NCBI RefSeq assembly: GCF_001194135.2 | Contig: NC_068981.1 | Location: forward strand, 6,984,922-7,029,887 | DNA: 44,966 bases | Origin: Octopus bimaculoides | Taxonomy: Eukaryota | Direction: 5' to 3' | In this document: piece after piece, positions 24,701 through 34,958 of the stretch | Layout: each line of letters begins with the position of its first letter | Numbering within the stretch: the stretch's first letter is position 1 | The notes under the pieces: model-generated | Database searches by the model: none | Seen by the model: only the letters and a program-made list of their open reading frames with translations | What the model was told of the DNA's origin: nothing | Made by a program: the position numbers and the translations under genes

Positions 24701-25188
24701 TCTTATTCAAAATAAATTTTACATGGTAAAATCAATGCTTGTTGGAAGAGGAGAAACTATACTCACTCGCTCGATCTGCCAGTAACAACAGTCAAATAAC
24801 ATATGAAATGAGGGTGGGAGAGAAAAAGAGAGAGAGGGTGGTTGGTGAGAAAAAGGGGGTGAGAGAGGGAATACTATTTAAGAAATAGAAGCAGATACAT
24901 TAGATAATGCGGTGCTGCATAGTAATACTGTATAGATGGGATGGCCACAAGTGGAACATCTTTGATTATAGCTCTGGTTTATCTGAGCTGATCGGGAGTA
25001 AAACAAGCGCCATAACAGCATGACAGAAGTTGGTGACACAAATATTCAGTTATTGAAACAAAATTCGTGGAAAATGTTTACAACAAATTATTAATTATAA
25101 TTAATGACAGTAAAAGAGAATGAATTTTTAAAAACTAATTAATGTCAGACAAAACTATTAATTAACATGTCAGTTATCCAAATTAGGT

Positions 25189-25407
25189 TATTAGCAGCAT
25201 ATTTAATATTCAGATAATGCTTATTTATTCGCAGAGTTTTGAATTAATCACGCATTGTCTTGTAGCTCAGAGATTTTCCTGATGTGATTGCTTACTTTTA
25301 GAATGACATTGTAGGACAGGTGTGAGAAGCCAGATCTAGCCAGTTGTAACATAAAATTGGTAGAATATTTGGGTCAGATGTGGCCGGGTTGGATGCTAAA
25401 AGGTTAA
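25189..25407. mobile_element. Probable short TTAA-flanked non-autonomous element (piggyBac-like MITE) with a degraded left end
   Basis: Right end ATGCTAAAAGG followed by TTAA; only a remnant TTAGCA on the left. The family assignment rests on recall of a common octopus repeat and is unverified. Confidence 0.35.
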
Positions 25408-25704
25408 ATAATTGCCAACAACGTTTGTGTGTGTGTGTGTGTGTGTGTGTAAATATATAAAACATTTGGTACTCACTGAATTTGAACCTTCATTCAGTAG
25501 AATATCAAAGTGATTTACTATCAATCAACTATGGCGACGTCAGAGTCTGCAAGTACCAGGCCTTGTCATCACGCTGTGGAGTTGGTCGTCACTTATAAGA
25601 ATTGTCAAAAAAACCCATAGACATTCATTCAGTTGGCCTTCACTTGAAGGAAATAGGACTTATTTCTAGCATGTACAATCTCCTTCGTTGACTCGTATAG
25701 AGTT

Positions 25705-26160
25705 GGTGGCGGTGGTGGTGAAGTCGATGGAAGTGTTGATGCTGATGATTGTGATGATGATGGTGATGGTGATGCCAGAGAAGGTAATGGTGGCGTTGGC
25801 GTTAATTTCCAGAAGGTGTCCAATATTGTAGGCACCGAAGCAATAAAGAAATGAACAACGAGAAACGAGGCAGATAATAATGTTGTTGTTGTTGTTGCTG
25901 ATGATGTTAGTAATGAAGGTGGTGGTGGTGGTGGTGGTGGTATTGATGTTGCTGTTGTTGTTGATGACAACAACAACAAGGTTGGAAAAAAAGTAAGACG
26001 ATGATTTATTGCTCCCCCCCTCCATAAAAAGTTGGGTGGTGGAGACGAATGGGGTTGACTGGTGGGTGGAAGTGGTGGTCGTGACGGCGGTGGGTAAGGA
26101 AGGCATGAAATAGCGGCGGCGGCGATGGACGTCGGTGGTGGTGGTGGAGGTGGAGGTGGG
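25705..26160 (+). repeat. Degenerate (GGT/GTT/GAT)n trinucleotide tract
   Basis: Low-complexity sequence that gives the poly-Pro and poly-Thr ORFs on the minus strand. Confidence 0.85.
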
Positions 26161-26403
26161 GAAGAAGTATTTGGAATCAAAGAGAAGACGTGGTATTTTG
26201 ACTAAATAATTTCGACGTTAAATAGAATTGTGAGAGTGAGGGAGGGTGCAGGGGGAGTGGGGTGATGGAAGGGGATAAGATTGAGGCAGAGGGGTGGAGG
26301 GTGGGGGTGGGAAAAATAAGACAATATGAAAGACAAATGGAGGCGGGGGTGACGATGTGACTGACATCTTTGAAAAGGAAAATTCGTTGAAAATGTCGGA
26401 TTT

Positions 26404-27126
26404 TGTTGTTGTTATGATTACAGCAACTTTGAACTCCATCATTTTACTCACCCCTTCACCTCCAGCTTCCCCTGCTTAGAGAATATCTTCTTTTTTATCC
26501 TTTCCTCCCCCTCCCCCTCCCGCACCTCCCTTTATTTATTTGAAATGACGTACCAAGACTTCCCAGACACAAAATATAACTGGAGCTGATGGCCGACATA
26601 ATATATATATATGTATGTGTGTGTNNNNNNNNNNNNNNNNNNNNNNNNNNNNNNNNNNNNNNNNNNNNNNNNNNNNNNNNNNNNNNNNNNNNNNNNNNNN
26701 NNNNNNNNNNNNNNNNNNNNNNNNNNNNNNNNNNNNNNNNNNNNNNNNNNNNNNNNNNNNNNNNNNNNNNNNNNNNNNNNNNNNNNNNNNNNNNNNNNNN
26801 NNNNNNNNNNNNNNNNNNNNNNNNNNNNNNNNNNNNNNNNNNNNNNNNNNNNNNNCGTCACCATTTAGAATTCGTCCCCAAGGTAGTTATTGTTCTGGTT
26901 GTTGTTGTTGTTGTTATGATTACAGCAACTTTGAACTCCATCATTTTACTCACCCCTTCACCTCCAGCTTCCCCTGCTTAGAGAATATCTTCTTTTTTAT
27001 CCTTTCCTCCCCCTCCCCCTCCCGCACCTCCCTTTATTTATTTGAAATGACGTACCAAGACTTCCCAGACACAAAATATAACTGGAGCTGATGGCCGACA
27101 TAATATATATATATGTATGTGTGTGT
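26404..27126 (+). repeat. Direct duplication of 221 bp flanking a gap (26404-26624 and 26906-27126)
   Basis: The copies appear identical by eye at an offset of 502 bp; their upstream flanks differ. Confidence 0.9.
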
Positions 27127-27383
27127 ATATGTGTGTGTGTGTATGTGTGTGTTAATATTCGTATGTGTGTGTGTGTGTTAATGTGTGTATATGTGTGTGC
27201 GTTAATGTGAATCTGTGTGTGTTAATATGTGTATGTGTGTGTCTGTCAATATGTCAAATTACCTATCTATTAGTTTCTGTATATGTGCGTCTATGCGTAC
27301 GTGTAAAGATGACTATGTATATGTCTGGGTGTGTGGTACATGTATTATGTGTGTGTGTGCGAGCAGCGAAATATATCTATCTA

Positions 27384-27440
<57 letters not shown>

Positions 27441-27628
27441 NNNNNNNNNNNNNNNNNNNNNNNNNNNNNNNNNNNNNNNNNNNNNNNNNNNNNNNNNNNN
27501 NNNNNNNNNNNNNNNNNNNNNNNNNNNNNNNNNNNNNNNNNNNNNNNNNNNNNNNNNNNNNNNNNNNNNNNNNNNNNNNNNNNNNNNNNNNNNNNNNNNN
27601 NNNNNNNNNNNNNNNNNNNNNNNNNNNN

Positions 27629-27675
<47 letters not shown>

Positions 27676-27694
27676 TATATAAACACACACACAC

Positions 27695-27925
27695 GAGTGT
27701 GCGTGTGTACGTGTGTAGATAGACAGACAAATGTGAGTGCAGAAAAATATATATATTGCTCTGTGTGTGTGTATACATACATGCATACATACGTACGTAC
27801 ATATATATATATGTATATATATATATATACACACGCACACACAAACACACACGCATGGTGTGTATGCGTGTGTAGATAGATACACAAATGTGAGTGCGGA
27901 AAAATATATATATTGCTGGACACAC
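27695..27925 (+). repeat. Two-copy local duplication inside a microsatellite tract
   Basis: GTGTGTAGATAGA.A.ACAAATGTGAGTGC.GAAAAATATATATATTGCT occurs at about 27711 and again at about 27869. Confidence 0.8.
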
Positions 27926-28110
27926 ACACACACACATCAGGATATATACATGTATGTGTACATATATACGCATTTAGATACATGTGTGTGTATACGTACA
28001 TATACTGGCCTACAATTAAATGTACACATACACACACACATATATACATGTATATTCATAAATGCACAGACACACACAGATATGGTATTTATGCTGCGAG
28101 ATTAAGATTC

Positions 28111-28165
28111 TTGAAATGAATTCATGCGTTGAAACAGATGCTACTGTGCTTGAGAATGGTCATTT
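28111..28165 (-). mobile_element. Short relic homologous to the Penelope-like fragment at 30141-30197
   Basis: GAATTCATGCGTTGAAACAGATGCTACTGTGCTTGAGAATGGTCAT versus GAAATCGTGTGTTGAAACAGATGTTGTTGTACTTGGGGATGGTCAT. Confidence 0.55.
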
Positions 28166-28197
28166 GGTTAAGAGAAACCCAGGCTATACTTCTTCCA

Positions 28198-28242
<45 letters not shown>

Positions 28243-29421
28243 ATTAACTCTCACAGCTTATGTTGCTGCGACACTTGTTTTACTGGTCATGCTTCAAGAA
28301 CCCTGCCAAGAATTCCTGCAGTTCCAAGCAATGTTGATTTTTGTAGGTGTTCTGCCTTCACACTTGCACCGATCTTTCTCAGCCATGCTGGTAGTTGAGT
28401 GCTAATACTTCCAAGTGCACCAATTACTCTTGGTATCAGGTATACTCTCCTCATTGACCACAACCTTTGTATTTCCCACTTCAAATCGTCATAGGTGTTT
28501 ATTTCTTCTTCTTCTTTCAAATTGATCCTGTTGTCACCGGGGCTTGCTCTGTCGATGATCATACATGTTCTTTCTTTTTTATTCACCAGAAAAACGTCCG
28601 GTTTACGATGTCTGTCTGGTCAGGTGATCGTACTGGATCATTGCATCCCAAGGATTTTGCAATTCTCATTCTCGGTGACTCCTTCTAGGGTTTGCTCATA
28701 CCACATATTTGCTCTTTGTAGGCTGTAATGTCCACAGAGCTCCCAATAGATCATTCTTGCCACATTATCATGGCGTCTTTTGTATTCCTGTTGTGCCAAT
28801 TTCGGGCATTCGCTAACGATGTGCCATACCGTTTTACCCTTCTCGCCACACATTCTGCATTTGTTGCTATCGGTAGTGTTGTCTATTCTGCACTTCACAT
28901 AGATGGTCCTTAACGCTTCTTCTTGAGCTGCGCATATGAGTGCTTCTGTCTCTATCTTCAGGTCACTCCTCCTCATCCATAGTCACCGATCCTCTGCGTT
29001 CGCATCTCTTGCAAACTGACCATAAACGTTCTTTTCCTTCCATGCTTTTTCTCTTTTTTTTTTCTTTGTTCATTTCTTGTTTAAATTTTTCTTTCGCTAC
29101 ATAATGTTCAGCTTTGATGACGCCGGTCTTCTTTCTGTGTTTCAGCAGTGGCTCCTCAGCATTTTTTATATACCGGCCTAGGCTGTTTTCCTCTGCTTCG
29201 ATACAGTCCTGGCAACTGATCAAGCTTCTCCCACCCTGCCTTCTGGACAAGTACAGACTATCGGTGTCACTTTTAGGGTGGAAGGCTCCGTGTACTGTCA
29301 ACATGTTTCTGGTCTTGGTATCCATTTTCTTCATTTCCCTTTTTTGCCATTTTATAATTCCCGCTCCATACCGATGTTATCGCCCATGTATTAACTGCTT
29401 GGATTTTATTCCATACAGTAG
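28243..29421 (-). mobile_element. 5'-truncated RLE-type non-LTR retrotransposon (R4/Dong-like): end of RT, CCHC zinc knuckle and RLE, frameshifted
   Basis: NKIQAVNTWA, KTRNMLTVHGAFHPKSDTDSLYLSRRQGGRSL, CRMCGEKGKTVWHIVSEC (CCHC), RRHDNVA, KPDVFLVNKKERTCMIID..SPGD...KE (PD-D-xK), IGALG, LLGTAGILGRVLEA*. (TAA)n arrays on both sides (28199-28240 and 29423-29470). Confidence 0.93.
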
Positions 29422-29437
29422 ATTATTATTATTATTA

Positions 29438-29470
<33 letters not shown>

Positions 29471-29473
<3 letters not shown>

Positions 29474-29693
29474 GCTTCACTAGTGCAAGCTATTTTAGTT
29501 TGCTGCAATTTTATTTTGAGGTTGGTGACAAGTCTCTTCATATCTTAAAAATTTTTCTTAGGATTATTTCAGGATATAGGATGGTATTTTTCTACAGGTC
29601 AACAATGCGAGTTACTATTCAAATCTCTTTCCGTCTTTTAGGAAGCATTCTGAGTGTTGTGCCAACGGCACCAATTACCATAGGAATCACCTA
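29471..29693 (-). mobile_element. Short decayed RLE-element 3' end, a different subfamily, in tandem upstream of 28243-29421
   Basis: Minus-strand VIPMVIGAVGTTLRMLPKRRKEI*IVTRIVDL*KNTILYPEIILRKIFKI* is the same C-terminal motif; its 3' UTR ends in the (TAA)n array at 29423-29470. Confidence 0.75.
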
Positions 29694-29911
29694 TTGTTAC
29701 AGAAAATCGATTGTTTGATTAAGCATTCCATCAATGAATTAATCAATCAGTTTGTTTGTCAATGTTCATTTGCCACCAATGGCATCCTCACCAATTGTGT
29801 ATCTTCAAAAAAAATAATAAAAACAAACCAGTATATCATGTCTTACCTAAAGGAGGACATGATGTCAATACAGTCGATTATATAAATGTGTGTGCGTGTG
29901 TGTATGTGTGT

Positions 29912-29953
<42 letters not shown>

Positions 29954-30284
29954 TACATATGTCTAAGTCCAGCTTCCTCACTGATTTTCCCTCTAGCAAA
30001 ATTGCTTTCAGATCGTATTTGGCACACAGAACAATGAATAGGGGTCTACACTCCATGGATAAGGAAGAATAATTAATAAAATAAAACAGGTAAATGCCGA
30101 TATATATATATATATGTATATATATTTGTTTTGCAAGATTTTTGATGTGAAATCGTGTGTTGAAACAGATGTTGTTGTACTTGGGGATGGTCATATTGCC
30201 AGTTTAGCCAATAAAAACACACGCACTGTATATTTGGTGTTAATTTGCTTCAGCTTTATATTACATTAATCTTAATCTTATTTC

Positions 30285-30329
30285 GGCCAGAGTTCTTTCG
30301 TCACACTTCTGTGACCTCATCAGTGGTCC
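30285..30329 (-). ncRNA. Minimal type I hammerhead ribozyme motif
   Basis: Minus strand GGACCA CUGAUGA G GUCACA GAAG UGUGAC GAAA G AA C UC^ UGGCC: intact core, 6-bp helix II, 2-bp helix III, CUC triplet and 5-bp helix I with one bulge. Confidence 0.72.
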
Positions 30330-30342
30330 TTTGTTTCCTTCT

Positions 30343-30425
30343 TTCTTATGTGTGTCTCACCTTGCTAACTATCAGCCATTTTGTCGAAATGGCTGATAGT
30401 TAGCAAGGTGAGACACACATAAGAA
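30343..30425. repeat. Perfect 39-bp inverted repeat with a 5-nt loop
   Basis: 30343-30381 is the exact reverse complement of 30387-30425; the loop is TGTCG; it ends one base before a gap. Confidence 0.92.
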
Positions 30426-30960
30426 GNNNNNNNNNNNNNNNNNNNNNNNNNNNNNNNNNNNNNNNNNNNNNNNNNNNNNNNNNNNNNNNNNNNNNNNNNN
30501 NNNNNNNNNNNNNNNNNNNNNNNNNNNNNNNNNNNNNNNNNNNNNNNNNNNNNNNNNNNNNNNNNNNNNNNNNNNNNNNNNNNNNNNNNNNNNNNNNNNN
30601 NNNNNNNNNNNNNNNNNNNNNNNNNNNNNNNNNNNNNNNNNNNNNNNNNNNNNNNNNNNNNNNNNNNNNNNNNNNNNNNNNNNNNNNNNNNNNNNNNNNN
30701 NNNNNNNNNNNNNNNNNNNNNNNNNNNNNNNNNNNNNNNNNNNNNNNNNNNNNNNNNNNNNNNNNNNNNNNNNNNNNNNNNNNNNNNNNNNNNNNNNNNN
30801 NNNNNNNNNNNNNNNNNNNNNNNNNNNNNNNNNNNNNNNNNNNNNNNNNNNNNNNNNNNNNNNNNNNNNNNNNNNNNNNNNNNNNNNNNNNNNNNNNNNN
30901 NNNNNNNNNNNNNNNNNNNNNNNNNNNNNNNNNNNNNNNNNNNNNNNNNATATATATATA

Positions 30961-31288
30961 GTGAAGGCGCGTGGCTTAGTGGTTAGGGCGTTCGGATCAT
31001 GATCGTAAGGTCGTGTGTTCAATTCCCGGCGATGCGTTGTGTCCTTGAGCAAGACACTTTATTTCACGTTCTTCCAGTCCACTCAGCTGGCAAAAAATGA
31101 GTAGTAACTGTATTTCAAAAGGCCAGCCTTGTCACACTTTGTGTCACGCTGCATCTCCCTGAGAACTACGTTAAGAGTACGATAGTCCGTGGATTGCTCA
31201 GCCACTTGCACGTTAATTTCACGAGCAAGCTGTTCCGTTGGTCGTATCAGCTGGGACGCTCGTCGTCGTAACCGACGGAGTGCTCCTC
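30961..31288 (+). mobile_element. tRNA-derived SINE, family D, full length
   Basis: A-box GTGGCTTAGTGG, B-box GTTCAATTCCC, TTGTGTCCTTGAGCAAGACACTT segment; aligns along its length with 36632-36938. Confidence 0.9.
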
Positions 31289-31519
31289 CTTTAAATACGT
31301 TCATATACACACACACACATACAAACACTTTATTTGCAGTTCCTCCACGTACGACCATGTTGTTATCTATCAATTGTAGTTGCTATGAAGATATTTTGTC
31401 AGACTTTCTTTCAACCACCACCGACCCCTTTTAGAGAAGGATAGAGAGAAGAAAGAGAGGTTGTAGTTGTGACTGGGCCCGTATGATTCCGTCCATTTCT
31501 AGGCAAACATATATTGAAA

Positions 31520-31632
31520 GGTAAAGAGTGACGGATCGACTCCAGACAGTTACTGATACATTATCGACCCCGTATGGATAAATGCCTTGCTGCGATTCGA
31601 ACTCGGAATGAGGAGAGCTTCAACGAAGATCG
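31520..31632 (-). mobile_element. SINE family B relic
   Basis: Reverse complement contains CCGAGTTCGAATCGC...TTTATCCATACGGGGTCGATAA...GGAGTCGATCCG. Confidence 0.55.
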
Positions 31633-32529
31633 CAACACACACACATACACACAAAGTGAGTAGGTGCTGAATGTTTACAGGTCTGCATATGTTGGCCGTA
31701 TTGTTCGTGCATGCATGAGTATGTGGGTGGTAGAGGACGGGTAGGGTGGACGGAGATAAAAATAACAGCAGCCGCCATGCGTATGGTTAGTAAAAGGGAG
31801 GGAGAGGAGGAGGAGGGTGCATAAGTTAGAGGGTACGGGGCGAGGAGAAGGCAGAGGGATACAGAAGTTTGTGTGCTGATGGTGGTGGTGGTGGTGGTAG
31901 TGGTGGTGGTGGTGGTGGTGGTAGTGGAGAACACATGAAAAAGACTAAGGTAAATAGCAAAGCACGCGGCAAATGTTAGTTTAAAGATAACAGACCCATT
32001 AATGGGGTGGGGTGGGGGTGGTAAGGGTGTAGTAACAAGGGAACCAGAGCCCCTCGCCTCACATTCTATAGTCTAGGGAGAGGAACGGTGTGTGTGTTTG
32101 GGGTTGGGGAAGGGCGAGGGAAGAGGCTTTCTGAGAGAAACAGATGAAAACAAAAAAAAGACCAAAAGATATTCACACCAAATATTTCTTTGGAAATATT
32201 CCAGAAAAGAGACGAAAGAAAAGAAAAAGGAGAAAATAAACAAAGAATGAAAAGGAATTTGTTGATTTTTTTTGGGGGGGGAGGGCGGAATTATTGTTGC
32301 TATCAGTTGCCTCCACATCTATATATTTGTCTGTCTGTCTGTCTGTTTTCATCAAACGTACCCACCACCACCACCACCGCCGCTACTCTCAACGTCCCCC
32401 ATTCAACTCCACTCACACACACACACACACCTATATAATAATAGTGTGGAATATATTCGCCGTTACTCGGCTCTTTAAAATTTCTACGAGAACCTCATGA
32501 TATTATCACCATTAACATTATTATTATTC

Positions 32530-32745
32530 TATCGACCCCGGAGGAACAAAAGACCATGTTGACCTCAGCGGGATCTGATCTCGGCGCTTTATGTCCAGAG
32601 ATCAAATACCACCGAGGTTCACTCTGGCTTTCATGCTTCCCGGGATCAATAAAATAAGTACTATTTGATCAACGAGATCGATATAATCGACAAGCAGCCT
32701 CCTCTGATAGTTCACGGCTTTTGCCGAGAGTTAGAAAAACTATTA
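32530..32745. mobile_element. Head-to-head pair of SINE family B bodies (32530-32586 minus, 32598-32745 plus)
   Basis: Both begin at a GAGATCA.AT.CC.C.GAGGT B-box-like segment and continue to the CC.GGG.TC.ATA motif, in opposite orientations. Confidence 0.65.
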
Positions 32746-32748
32746 TTA

Positions 32749-32801
<53 letters not shown>

Positions 32802-32802
<1 letters not shown>

Positions 32803-32950
32803 GGCAGCGACGAGGCAGAATCGCTCGCCGGCGTCGGAGAAAAAATGTACGGTAGCATTCCGAGTTCAAATCAGACAGATGTCAACTTCGCCTTTTCACT
32901 CATCCGCGGTCGATGAAAATAAAATACTAGGTGAGTAGTGGAGTTCATGG
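32802..32950 (+). mobile_element. SINE family B, decayed
   Basis: GAGGCAGAATCGCTCGCCGGCG head, CCGAGTTCAAATC B-box, GTCAACTTCGCCTTTTCACTCATCCGCGGTCGAT body. Confidence 0.65.
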
Positions 32951-32970
32951 CATCCGTATCAACTACTCCG

Positions 32971-33035
<65 letters not shown>
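32971..33035 (+). repeat. (GTA)n microsatellite
   Basis: Directly visible. Confidence 0.95.
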
Positions 33036-33036
<1 letters not shown>

Positions 33037-33784
33037 AAAACTCCATATATTTCTTCTAAGGCAGAAAAAAAAACAAAAAACAAAAACAAAAAAAAACAAC
33101 ATATTTTCTTGTTCTGGCAGCCATCATTGTGTAAAGTTACAATAGCTGTACTCAAACTGAAGATAACTAAACAAGCGTTACTACTACTACTATTATTATT
33201 ATTATTATTATTATTTTTACTATTATGTTANNNNNNNNNNNNNNNNNNNNNNNNNNNNNNNNNNNNNNNNNNNNNNNNNNNNNNNNNNNNNNNNNNNNNN
33301 NNNNNNNNNNNNNNNNNNNNNNNNNNNNNNNNNNNNNNNNNNNNNNNNNNNNNNNNNNNNNNNNNNNNNNNNNNNNNNNNNNNNNNNNNNNNNNNNNNNN
33401 NNNNNNNNNNNNNNNNNNNNNNNNNNNNNNNNNNNNNNNNNNNNNNNNNNNNNNNNNNNNNNNNNNNNNNNNNNNNNNNNNNNNNNNNNNNNNNNNNNNN
33501 NNNNNNNNNNNNNNNNNNNNNNNNNNNNNNNNNNNNNNNNNNNNNNNNNNNNNNNNNNNNNNNNNNNNNNNNNNNNNNNNNNNNNNNNNNNNNNNNNNNN
33601 NNNNNNNNNNNNNNNNNNNNNNNNNNNNNNNNNNNNTGTGTGTGTGTGTGTGTGTGTGTACATTTCTGTTCGTGCGTGCAGTGATGGATTTGTGTGGTTT
33701 TCATAGTTTTTCAATCTGTTGTACTCTGTGATTAACCACTACTGCCATATCACCACACCACTGAACTACAACAATAAGCTTTAC

Positions 33785-33835
33785 CATGTCGGTACTAAAA
33801 ACCAAGTAAATGCCCCCAAGGCATATATATTGTCA
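33785..33835 (-). other. Candidate 51-nt exon (speculative)
   Basis: Long pyrimidine-rich tract ending TTTCACTTCCTGTCAG on the minus strand, weaker ATG|GTAAAG donor; single open frame DNIYALGAFTWFLVPT. Confidence 0.15.
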
Positions 33836-34111
33836 CTGACAGGAAGTGAAACACCACAGAAGATCGCAAATATTACACAAAACGAAAACAAAGAATACTG
33901 CAATATGAGAAAGAAATGAGTTTTATACGGCAAATATGGATGACAAGATCGTAATAAGAAATAACACAAACGTTAGAATATGTCCTTTAGATAGAGATGC
34001 TTAATAGGAAGCAGCAGTAACGACAATGTGGCCGTTATTATTGTAACTATTACAATGATCAAAGATAGGTACAAAACCAGGAATTTTGAGTGAGAAGGGG
34101 GAACACTTGAC

Positions 34112-34250
34112 TTGTATTTTATCGACATCCGAACGGATAAAAGGCAGGTTGGAGCTCAATGGGATTTGAACTCGGAAATTTAGGCAACTGGAACAAATAC
34201 GGCCGAATATTTCGTCCGGTGGTCAACCGATTCTGCGAGCAGGTCATGCG
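34112..34250 (-). mobile_element. SINE family B, decayed
   Basis: Reverse complement: GCAGAATCGGTTGACCACCGGACGAAATATTCGGCCGTATTTG...CCGAGTTCAAATCCC...CTGCCTTTTATCCGTTCGGATGTCGATAAAATAC. Confidence 0.7.
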
Positions 34251-34261
34251 CTGTGTATCTT

Positions 34262-34403
34262 GATATAAGGTCACCGTGTGGCGCACGTATGCTTGTGATG
34301 CCTGTGCCTGGTGTCCCCTTATCAGACAGGTAATCATAATGGGTATGCTTCGTATATTTGTACCCGAGTGTCACTTTGATGGCATGCACTGCTCTCCCAC
34401 CCA
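34262..34403 (+). mobile_element. Probable 3' UTR remnant of another non-LTR element ending in (AAT)n
   Basis: Non-coding block of about 140 bp ending directly in the (AAT)n array that precedes the RLE fragment. The assignment is inference from position and from recall of an octopus repeat. Confidence 0.45.
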
Positions 34404-34422
34404 ATAATAATAATAATAATAA

Positions 34423-34958
34423 TAAAAGAACAGCTGATGAAGCGCGTAATAGGAGAAAAGGACAAGAATGAAATACAAAAAGAGCACGTCAGACAGATCG
34501 ATGTGAAATCTCTGCATGGCCAATTTTGGAGAGCCACTGAAGACGAGCTTAATTGTAGCAGCCCAAGATCAAGCGATAAAAACAAACAAGTTGAGAAAAA
34601 TATATATGGGGAGAATGTGTCAGAAAAATATAGAATCTGTGAAACTTGGAACGAGACAGTGGCACACATTGTGACCGAATGCCCCAAGTTGGCACAGGAA
34701 GAAGAAGAATAGTGACCAATAATAATTGGTGCTTTGGGAACCGTAAGCAAAGATATAGACAAATGGCTGAAGGAGATTGGAATAAAATGCCCAATAGAGC
34801 TTCTACAGAAAGTTGTCTCCTACGGGCAGTAAGGATTATCAGGAGGGTTCTAAGTACTTGAAAGACTGCTGAAAACTTGTGGGTACCTAAGGTTACAGGT
34901 AGTAACCCACTACCCACATAATTCATACCAGGAATAAAACCAAACCTGAGCCAAACCA
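34423..34958 (+). mobile_element. 5'-truncated, internally deleted RLE-type non-LTR element
   Basis: SLHGQFWRAT, YRICETWNETVAHIVTECPKLAQ (CCHC remnant), then a jump to VPIIIGALGTVSKDIDKWLKEIGIKCPIELLQK...RIIRRVLST*. (AAT)n at 34403-34422 and 34959-34970. Confidence 0.85.

Larger units (their letters stand above)
30128..30426 (-). mobile_element. Penelope-like element terminal (pseudo-LTR) fragment
   Basis: Carries a minimal hammerhead fold and an adjacent perfect inverted repeat, both typical of Penelope-like elements. No RT or GIY-YIG sequence is visible, so the class is inferred. Confidence 0.55.

Noticed and set aside
26235-26312. G-run cluster with G-quadruplex potential; also 32003-32025
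   Set aside because: Part of general low-complexity purine-rich sequence; nothing indicates function.
30961-31030. tRNA-like sequence with A and B boxes, also at 7863, 35330 and 36632
   Set aside because: No acceptor stem or complete cloverleaf, and each continues into a SINE body; these are SINE heads, not tRNA genes.
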